Shown here piece by piece: positions 53,401-64,000 of a DNA stretch of 64,000 nt (position 1 is the first letter of the stretch; every line of letters starts with the position of its first letter). Source of the stretch: Rhizophagus irregularis. Its lineage: Eukaryota. Position numbers and translations under genes: made by a program. Location: positions 5,270,001 through 5,334,000 of the forward strand of contig NC_089432.1 in the NCBI RefSeq assembly GCF_026210795.1. Direction: 5' to 3'. The notes beneath the pieces are model-generated. The model was not told the DNA's origin. It saw only the letters and a program-made list of their open reading frames with translations, and searched no databases.

Positions 53401-56400
53401 ATCTTGGATTTACGTGGACGAGCCCTTTTAATTGCAAAACCTAAGATAAGCGTAAACGATAAAGATGAGGAAATTTCAAAAAATATTTTGAATGAATTTA
53501 CTGTCCAAGTCGATATTGCGCAAGAAATAATCAAAGTAGTATCCGTATTAATGCAATTGGGACATTTTGATTACAGAAAGTTTGAATATGAATTAATGGG
53601 AACAGATAGAATGAAAGATTATTTAAAATTTTTAAAGAATGAGCTCAAAAACTGGTAAGTAATTATTTATACTCCCTTCATTCATTTTTCACAAGAAAGA
53701 TTTTAACGAACTACGTTTCTACCAATTCTAGGCAAAATATAATAGATCGCGCACAAGAACAGTGTTATTATTTAACATTCTTCCCTGCTCGTCATATTTT
53801 GGCATTCCATGATTATTTCACATCAGAAAAATTAGATGAAGAAAATGAAGAAGAATGTAAAACATTGGTTAGATTTGTGAACAACAAAGCTAAATTACCA
53901 TCTCGTAAAGATATCCAAGGAATTTCACGTGGATCTAAAGATTATCGTAAGATTCTATGCGAGATTGGAAATGAATTAGAAAAAATTTTTAAAAAAATTC
54001 CAAAACAATCACGCGGTGGACTTAAAGCTGTTGGAGCTACCGGACAACGCGCAACGTTGGATATAGTTAAAAAGGGTAAATTATTTATTGCAGCTTGCGT
54101 TGACAAAACAAGAGTTCCAAACATTATTATGTCATTATATGTCAATAATGGAAATTATCCAGAACCGTGGCAACTCTTAATATGTACTACTTCAACTACG
54201 ATGGAGGAATTAACTATCTTCATAAAAAGAAGTTTCTTTGCATCAAAAAATGGATATGAAAATCACTTATTTTGTATTGCAAATTTAGAATTATTAGACT
54301 TTGAATTACAATATGATTTAGTTAATCAAATTAGATCAATGCGAGATCAAAAAGATTTTCTTCTAGCGCTTATTTGTTACAGAGAAAATGGAATTCATCA
54401 TCACATTTTAGATCAATTTTCTTCAGATGTCGTGACTGATGGATTAAACAATGAAGCTATGAGGGAAATTTATAGGGAATTGTGTCAGAATGTTATTCGT
54501 GTTACTTCCGACTTATCGGGACAAGGCAAAACTGAATGGATTAAAGAGGATAGTTTCAATAAAAAGAGATTCCCACGTAGCTTTTTAATAAGCGATGATA
54601 TGGAATTTGGCAGACTTGTACGTCAATTTAAAGAATATAAACTCCGAACTGCAGAAAGTTTACATATCAATATAGTATCATCTAACTACCCCGGAGACGT
54701 CAATATGTTTTTATTTGAATTATTAACTTTGGGTATAGTCTCTACTAATGTGGATATAGCTTGCCTACCTCTTTCAGAAACGCCCACGTATATATTTATT
54801 GAAATAGCTTCAACTACTGAACAGTATTTACTTAATTCTCTTCCTATGACAGGATATTTATTGTCCAAACATTTAACTTGGGATATTAAAAGTTTGAAGG
54901 CCTCTCAAGATATTACAAGTCAAATTCAGATTACTTGTAATTATTTGAATTTATTAGATCTTAATAAGATAGATACAAAAGAAATCCTTTTCCGGACGGA
55001 TGATGCAATTAAACCGTTACCAGTGGAACGTTGTCAAAATCTTATTGAGAAATATTTCTTTAACGAAAACAACAAAGACATTTCCTCATTTAGATTTGTT
55101 GAAATATTTGTTAATGTTCTAGCAGATCAATTAGTTCGATTTTCATCAAGTTTATTCTTTACAGTAGATAATCTGAGATTAATGGTAAAAGAAACTACTA
55201 ATATTAGAAAACTTATATTAAAAACATTAATGGATGGTTCAAAAGATTTTGCAACTAGATCTATCAAAACAAGAGAGGCACAGTTGGAATCTACAAATGC
55301 TGAAGATGAAAACGCTCGTCTTGGTACAATTGTTCAATGGGACGACTCAAATCATCTTTTAGTATTTTTCAATTCTCAAACTCCCGATACAATATCTGCC
55401 TTATATCGTGACAGAACTAAAGTTCACGAAAATGTTAAGACTTTATTAAAAAGTCAAGTAATTGGAGATATAACAAAATGGGAGTTAGATGATTATAATT
55501 CGATGTCTACAGATGCTCTATTTATGAAATTGGAATATTTAGCGCGAAAATCGACGGAAAAATTAAATATTCCTGAATACGCTTTATCTGGTGATAACCT
55601 AATAAAGATGGCCTTAATTCTTTTAAGAGCACGTGCGAATATCCCAGTTATAGTTTGTGGTGAAGCAGGCTGTGGCAAGGTGATTATATTTCGTTGTTAT
55701 TTATTTTCGTTATCACTTTTTTTTAAATATTTTACTTCAATATTATATCTCTTATAGACAAGTTTAATTGCCTACTTGGCTTTGATGGTTGAAGTTCAAT
55801 TCCAGTCTCTTAACCTTCATGCCGGAATTGATGAAAAAACTATTATGATGTTTATGAACGATTCTTTAGAGAAAGCAGAAAAAGGCGAGATTTGGCTATT
55901 CTTTGATGAGATCAATACTTGCAATTATATAGGTTTACTAGCTGATTTAATATCTCATCGAGTGCTTAATGGAAAACTAATACACCCAAATATTCGTTTG
56001 TTCTCCGCCTGTAATCCATACCGCCTTCGTATAAAATCCCAAAGTGAGGCTGGTTTAACAAATAGGGTTAAAAAATTTGAAGAACGAAGCAACCTTGTTT
56101 ATCAAGTCAAACCACTTCCTGATCAAATTTTAGATTATGTTTGGGACTATGGTATTTTAAAATCAAAAGATGAACGTAGATATATTCAAATTATGGTAGA
56201 AAAAGAACTGAAAAATTTAGCACATCCCGTATTTGCGGAACTTTTATTTGCTTCTCAAAATTTTATTCGAAAAGTTGAAGAACCATATAGTGTGAGTCTA
56301 CGTGATGTCAAGCGAGCTATAAGATTGGTGATATTTTTTTATAAATCTCTTCATAATCGTCCTGCTTACAGATATGGACATGTATATCCACCGCCTGGAA

Positions 56401-59400
56401 ATCCAACCATATTGACTAGGTCTTATGTTCTAGCACTTAGTCTTTGTTATCATTCTCGGTTATATGAACAAGATTTACGTAGACAATATCGCTTTGAAAT
56501 GGGACAAATATTACGCAATCATAATGCATTTGTAGGAGAAAATATGTTTTCTAAAATTATTCGTGAAGAACAAGAAGATTATATTAAGAGGATGCAATGT
56601 CCACCTAATACAGCATATAACGAAGCTTTATTAGAAAATGTTTTAGTTATGATCGTATGCATTTTGACAAAAATCCCTCTGTTCCTTATAGGAGCACCAG
56701 GCTCTTCAAAATCTTTAGCAATTCGTCTTATAAGCTCAAATTTACGTGGAGCCGATTCATATGATGAATATTTCAGAAATTTACCACAGATTTATTTAAT
56801 TCCACATCAAGGTTCTTCGTCTTCAACTTCTGATGGTATTATCAAAGTTTTTGATAAGGCGAATAGGTTTCAGGAAACAACTTCCACTCAATTTCCTGTT
56901 ATTAGTGTTGTTTTACTTGATGAAGGTAGTTTCATTTATATTTATTAAACTATCATGTTTTTATTTATTATTTATAATATTTTCTGTCTGTCATAATTTT
57001 TCTTTTTTTTGTGTCATCTTATACTAGTTGGCTTGGCTGAAACAAGTCCTTGCAATCCATTAAAAGTACTTCATTCTTTGCTTGAGCCAAGTTATCCAGC
57101 TACAGTGCCAACTGTTTCAGTGATAGGAATATCTAATTGGCGCTTAGATAACAGTAAAAGTAGTCGTGCACTACTTGTTCAGAGGTACATCTAAATAACA
57201 ATCATTGTATAATTTACAATTTTACGTACACTTATAATAATTTTCTTACGTTTTTTGCAGACCACAATTTGATTTAGATGATTTAGTTGATACAGCTGAG
57301 CGTTTATTAAATAAAAGAGTCATGGTTTTTCAAAGAGGGGCTTTAAAACCTTTAGCTGAAGCATATTCCAATTATGAAAAATATGGACAATCTTTGCCTA
57401 ATTTCCACGGTCTTCGTGATTATTATGCGCTGGTTAAGCGACTTTCATTATATGAAATGACTCCAAAGAATATTCAAATGGCACTAGCCCGTAATTTTGG
57501 GGGGACAGAAAACCACGTTAAATTATGTAAAAAGTATTTTGGAAATGTTCTAAAGATGTTTAATAATCATAAGTCATGGTTATATAAACAAATACCAATT
57601 GAACAATTAATCGCTTCAAATTTAGATGATTCTGATGCACGTCACTTAATGGTTATCGGTAAAAGTGATTCAATTGTGAATTTGTTGACTTATCAGTTAA
57701 GAATGAGAGACTTGGATCCTGTTGTTATTTTAGGATCTCAATTTCCCGATGATCGTGATGATTATTATTATAGCGTTTTGAGGAGAATTATGGTAATAAT
57801 CTATAAGAAATATTCTTTCTTTATCCATATATATATAAAAACATAATTTTATAATTTTAGATGTGCGTTGAAGCAGGCAGACCATTGATTCTAACAGATT
57901 TGGAAATGATTTATGGTAATTCTTTTATTTGTTATCTTAAGTATAATAATTATATTAAATAATTTTTTATAATTTAATAGGGAGTCTTTATGATTTATGG
58001 AATCAAAATTATATCGTTGTGGGAAGTAAAGAAAATGTCAAATACTTTACGAGGGTTGCACTTGGAGCATATGCAAATCCTATGCTGTAAGTAAACCTAT
58101 TAAATTTATTGTATATATATTTTTTATTTTATTTTGAAGTATTTTAAATAATAATGAATTTTAGTTACGTTTCGCCGAATTTTAAATGTATTCTTGTCAT
58201 GGATGAGAAAAATGTGGCTTCAGCTGATCCTCCACTTCTTAATCGGTTTGAAAAGCAAAAAATGTCAATTAATGACACTCTTAATAATAAACAAAAGTTA
58301 CTTGTTGAAAATTTAGGTGATTGGACAAGAAAAATGTCGACTCTGATTGGAGTTACTCAATTACGTAATAAATTCACCCAGAAAAATCTATTCATTGGAT
58401 TTGATAAAGATGAAACCTTACAAAGTCTAATTATTGACATCACAAAGAATAATCCAGAAGCAGATAATGATGAAATTTTAGAAAAATGCAAGGAATGTTT
58501 AATCGCAACAGCATCTTCTGACGGAGTTGTAAGAGCCGAACAATCAGCTTTAGAAAAAGATGAAGTTGATCGATGGAAACAGGTTTATTTCCGCAAACAG
58601 CATCACAATAGTCTTTATGATTATTTTTCTAATCAAGAAGATGCGTTATCAGATCCTAATGGACATTTAGTGATTATAAATACATTTTCTAATATCAATA
58701 CGGATGTTAAGTCTTGTTTACAAGAACTTGCAAGTTGTCAAGTAGATAAATTGTCGATTTTCAAAACTGAAGCTCAACTTTCAAATCGGGTAAGTTAAAG
58801 CAACGATTTAATAAGTTAATACATGCTTTCTTAGGTAACTTATTATAACTCCATACTTATAGGTAAAACATTTCTGGTCAGAATCAACCGATCAAATGTT
58901 AATTATCCAATGTGATTTAACTACCGTTAATACTGGATGTATTAAACTAGCCAAATTCATTATTGAACAATTTCGAAATGAATATATATCAAAGAGAGAT
59001 CAAATGGAGCGGGATATGCCTACGAAGCATGCATGTATCATTCTTCATATTCATCGAGATCAGGAATCCACTTTTACATCTTTTAATTTCATGTGCGGTT
59101 GGAAACAAATGACTATTGAAACATTATCAGGAAGTGGCGTTCCTACATCAGGTCTCCTAGATGGATCTTTAACTCGTATTGTTAATTCTACTTATCCATT
59201 CGAGAAAATTTTACAACAAGAACTCTTATGGTGTTTATCATGTATGAAATATCCATCGAACGACAAGTCAATCAATCATATAAAGTAAGTGACGTATAAA
59301 TAGTAATTATACTATATTTTAACATATATGTGTTGTTATGTTGTTATGTTGTTATTTAAATATTTTTTGAATAACCTTTTTTTAGGATATTGAACGAAAA

Positions 59401-62400
59401 AATTCTAAAGTATCCAAGTTTTATTAAATGTTTGAAAAAAAGAACTTTTGAATGGATTGAGGAAAAATCTACAAGTAACTGGCAATATAAAATCGCATCA
59501 AATAAACAAGATTTGTACCCATATCCTTCATTTTCTGCAGCACTACAGGCTCACGTTAGAATACTGCTTAGGAAACCGATAACTCAAATTTTATGTGCCT
59601 TAGAAAGATTATCGGCAATAAAAACATTTTTCTATGTTTCGGATCAAACGAAGTCAAAAAAAGGGAACTATGAAAAGTTACTTAAATTTTGGAAACAAAT
59701 TTATATGGATAACAAAATTATCAAAATTGATGATATACCAAATCCAAAACCTGATGGATATAATATGCTGGCAGGAAGTTTACTCGATCTTGAATTTCCT
59801 TTTTCATTTTATTATATGAAACAAATTGATAGTTTTAAAAGACATTATGAAGAAGAAATAACAATATTACAAAAGGATAATGGCAAAATTGATGCCAAAA
59901 CCAATGAACTTTGCGATTATGTGATTGAGGATCATTTAAAAGATTTCAAAAATAAGCTTTTTATGTCAATTCCGCAATTAAAAAATTCACCTCTTGAATG
60001 GGAATGGGCTTCCGAATTATATTTTAATGATTTTGTAACCGTTATTGTGTCAAAAGATGGTGAGACAAAGAATAAAAAAATGTTAACAATAATTTTAAGA
60101 TTACTCATCGGTACCGATAAAGTGCGTCAACCAATTTTCCTTCACTCATATTGGTGGAGGAATGCTAACGAAGTTTTAGCTCTATTACAATTAGCTCAAA
60201 TGTCTCCCATAATAATTAAAAATATTGAAATTCAAGGAAATGCTATTATTAGAGGAAGTTTAGAAAAATATCTAGTTAAAGAAGTGACAAAACTAATGTT
60301 ACAGCGTATTTGTGGAAATTTTGAAGGCGCAGAAAATGCTCATTTGATCGATAAATGGCAGCATGATGTTACAAAAGTATTATATCTCGTTAATAAAATA
60401 ATTAGAGCAAAGAATTTACCAGATCTTCAGTTGTTACGTATTGTAAACGATCTAGTTGCAGCAAAGACCATTCCTTTAGATAGCATTAAAGAAATTGTTC
60501 AACTTGGATTAAGTTTAGACGAGCAAGAAGTTCTCTCCGAGAAATTTATCAACACTGTATTTGATAAGCTAGATAAACTAGAACAAAATGAAAAAAATAT
60601 AATTCCAAAAAGATCATTTATCATGAGATGCCTTGCATTGATTCCTATCGAATCAGATGTTCTACTAAGTTTTTATAAAAAATTATTCTCGAATGAACCT
60701 TTTCCATTAATGGGCGCAATCATTGAAAGGATATTTATTAAAGAAGACGTAGAAAATGAGGACATATTCTTTACGATACTTACAGATTTCGAAGAAGCTG
60801 TAAGACAATCTTCTCGGTTAAATCTTATTAATAAATGTTTAGGAGATTTAAATACAAACATGGCTACTTTATGCTGTGATACCATTGAACAAAGCTTCTT
60901 CATGAATGAGAAATTGGAAAATTTAGCAGCTTTTTTTGGACCAGCTCTCGAAATTTTATATAAACAAAGAAGGCCATCATTACAAAAAATAACTTCTATT
61001 GCGTTGCTTAAAGAATTCGTTCGCCGATTCTGGGATAGCTTTCTTCAGAAGAATAAAAATAGTCCTATTGTATATAACAAAGCGGGAGGATACAATTTTA
61101 ATAGCAACGAATTAATTAATCAGATTAACAATACTATGACTTTATCTTATCCTTTGATTCATTCTCTTAAAATTTACTTTTTAAGAGATTTACGTCGAAG
61201 AGGGTTTTCGATTGATGATATTAGACGATTTTGCGAGGCTCAAAAGAATATTTTGCCGTGGTTTAGAACTCTCGATTGGGGGGATGTCAAAGGAAATAGA
61301 TTGCCTTTTAATCCATATTGTAATATACCCGAATATAATGAAGCAGAAGACAGTTTTATGACCTTCTATAATTTAGGAAATAAAGCACCTTTCCAAACAT
61401 TTGTACAAAAAATGAAACAAAATATGACCTCAACAGCAAAATTATCTTTAATGGGACTCTTATTTGTACGTCTTCATGCTTTAAGGGCTTCAAGAGAATG
61501 GCGACATTCAGATGTGCATTCAGCTGATTTCTTAACCAAAGAACTTGCTGGAATGAACTTATCGAATTCATTTAAAAGGATTGCAACAAATATCTTGTCG
61601 AATAACCAACCTTTACTTCGAATTTACAATTCAAGAATTGATAATACCGAGTTGATTTTAAAATCTGTTATTGCACATATTATCGCTTATCATGCGTCGC
61701 TTGAACCGAATTCATCTCCACTTGCAATGTATTTACACAATCTACAAAATTGTCAGAACTCGTTTATATTAACATGTTTTTGTGACCAGCAATCTGCGGA
61801 TTTTAATTTAATGTTGAACGCCATGAAGGGTTCAAGTTTTTATTCCTGTATTTGCGGTTACAGATACTTCGTTGGAGAATGTGGCAGACCTACGGCTACT
61901 GGTAGTTGCCCGAATTGTGGAAAAACGATCGGTGGAATTAAACATCAACCAGTAGCTGGAAACAATAGAACTCAAATTCAACCTCTTGCGATAAATTATA
62001 AAGCAGGATACATTGGTGAACTAGTCAATCAAAATATGAATGTTATCGTCAGAAGTCTACGACCTGTAGCATATCGTATTTTGCATTTAATTGTTCATGC
62101 TCTTATTGGAGCATCTGAACCTCCAACTGCCCTTGCTTTCCTTCGAAAAAATAATCAAACTGCTACTGATTCTGAAACATATTGTATTAACCATATTCGA
62201 AATGATTGGGAAATTCTGAAGAAACTTCTTTATTGCTCAGATGATGTATATATCTTTTTTTATTATTATTATTATTTTCTTTATAATCTTATTTAATAAA
62301 ATAGCTAACTAAAACAAAATTTTATTATCTTAATCAGAATTTGGCGTTAATATTCCATTCTCTAATTTCCTTAATGATGGAAAGACCTCCCATTCCGAAT

Positions 62401-64000
62401 CAAACGACATATCCTGAACGCATAAACTGGGAGACATCATTTCAAGATAATTATGTTACACCTCTTACTGAGAATATAACGAAAACGGCAACTAATTATC
62501 GTATGAAGCTAAGCGAAGCTCTAACCAAAAATAAAAAAAATAACTTAATTGAATGTGAAATTAATCAGACTTTAGTTATGGATAAGCAATATCGAAATGA
62601 AACTTTACCAAATTTATGGAGAACAATTGGAACAACCAATTTTGATAGTTTCCACGCTTATTATATGAGTAACTTGACAAGAAACAACGATCATCCATTT
62701 CTCTCTGTCTTTTTCAAATATTCAAAGCAGTTAGAATTACTTAAACATCTTTTACCTATTGTAAAATTTGCTCAACTTCTGAATAACAAACTTGGATATC
62801 AATTAACCAGACAAACGGCAAAAGATATGAAATTCATACAATTTATAAAAGAGGAATCCAATGATGGTAGAAATAAAGAAATTTTCAATAATTTGAATAC
62901 CGCTTTTAATGATTTTAAACTTGGTTGGAATACAGTAATACCTTTCGTAAATCGATATCAATGTCATGAACTTCCCAATGAAAAACCAGTCATAGGTTAT
63001 AATCTTCCAGTTATTTATGGTTTAGTGGAACCGAAAGATGCAGGAATTTTCTTATGCGCTATTTTAGATTATTTAATTGACTTGCAAAACCAGTTCTTAC
63101 AAGAAGTTATAGTAATTTCACCTGGAACTTGTAAATCTCTCAAGTTTTTAGATGAAATTACATTTGATATCGAACTAGCAATTTCGAAAACAGAACCAGT
63201 TATACCCAATGGATATTGCCTTCAATCTCTACGCCTTGATCATGTTCGTTCAGGAAATATTATAAATTTTGTTTGGGATGATGAGATTCTTACATATAGT
63301 CAAAGAAATTTAGCAATTGCAAGAGGAGAAGATATTGTGTATGATTTGACAAAAATTGAAGCGGAATTGGCAAACATTTTAGTTTTCGAGAAAGTTTATA
63401 TAGAAACTCTACCAGATTCACAACTATATCTAGAATGTTACCCGTATCACATGGAATTATTTCAAGGATATATGAGAATTCTTAGTGATATTAAGAATCA
63501 AATAACCCAAGAGCCAATCCCGATCGAAAAAATGAATTCATTAGGCTTTTCTGAAAATTCCGGTTTAGAATATGCTTCAAAATCGACTATAGATAACTCA
63601 TCAGAAATTTTGTCATCATTGGAAATACTTCTATGTTTCGTCAAGCGTACAGCAGTTGGAAATGGCGACAGATCTATTAAAGATTTTGTTTTACAATGGA
63701 TGAAACTATCATCATTGTATGAACATAGAGAATTCTCTAAAATTTTAGATATTGATTTAAGACTTAAACACTTGGTGTCATTATATGAACTCGTCGAAGA
63801 ACAAGTTGCCGATATTAAAATTAAATATATTCATGAAAAATATCAGGAAAAACTTTCAACGGATATGGAGGCGGCAATAATGGAATCTTTAGGTTTTGAG
63901 CAGCAAACGACAACGAAAAAAGTTATACAAGCAGAAACATTCGCATTAGCTTTAAAACGATTTATGTTACGATTTTTAACTTTAGAGGATCAAAAAGAAA
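47418..64000 (+). CDS. RNF213: RNF213/mysterin-like giant AAA+ ATPase / RZ-finger E3 ligase, copy C (3' end beyond window)
   Basis: Same exon series as copy B. CBM20-like domain at about 49956-50262, Walker motifs intact, RZ finger at 61838-61945. The penultimate exon from about 62338 is open to the window end and is absent from the ORF track. Confidence 0.92.
47695..48450 (+). repeat. Coding repeat type 2, three copies of an about 80-90-aa unit (copy C)
   Basis: SQVKNYDY.ED.IPSTSGHNRIDK.KEFESNYREQKDEFTRR.. occurs three times; copy B has only degenerate traces. Confidence 0.85.
48500..49680 (+). repeat. Coding tandem repeat, about 43-aa unit, 9 copies (copy C)
   Basis: EEQ.DET..YP..KN.QNL..HGGN..KL.N.SDSSQDENDDY repeated nine times with small in-frame indels. 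Confidence 0.9.

Overview
Very AT-rich eukaryotic DNA with short (about 65-105 bp) GT-AG introns. The gene families present (BTB-BACK-TLDc, MxKLNxD-type F-box relics) suggest an arbuscular mycorrhizal fungus (Glomeromycotina, Rhizophagus-like); this is an inference. The window is dominated by a head-to-tail array of three giant RNF213/mysterin-like genes on the + strand. Copy A is the 3' part only (1-~5670). Copy B is complete (26601-42657, about 14 exons, about 5,000 aa). Copy C (47418->64000) runs off the end. The architecture, seen fully in B, is an acidic N-terminal 43-aa tandem repeat, a CBM20-like domain, a stalk, a multi-AAA+ core and an E3 module with an RZ finger but no visible RING. 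The copies are patchwork mosaics with localized hypervariability in the CBM20 loop and RZ region, as in an immune-receptor cluster. Between A and B lies a three-level nested transposon: a hAT-type MITE containing a Tc1/mariner-type MITE containing a 5.57-kb P-element-like transposon. Its transposase carries apparent tandem Agenet/Tudor domains inside the catalytic domain and a possible RAMA-like N-terminal domain. The window also has a BTB-TLDc pseudogene, F-box relics, other MITEs and low-complexity tracts. All domain calls come from motif recognition by eye; no searches were run.
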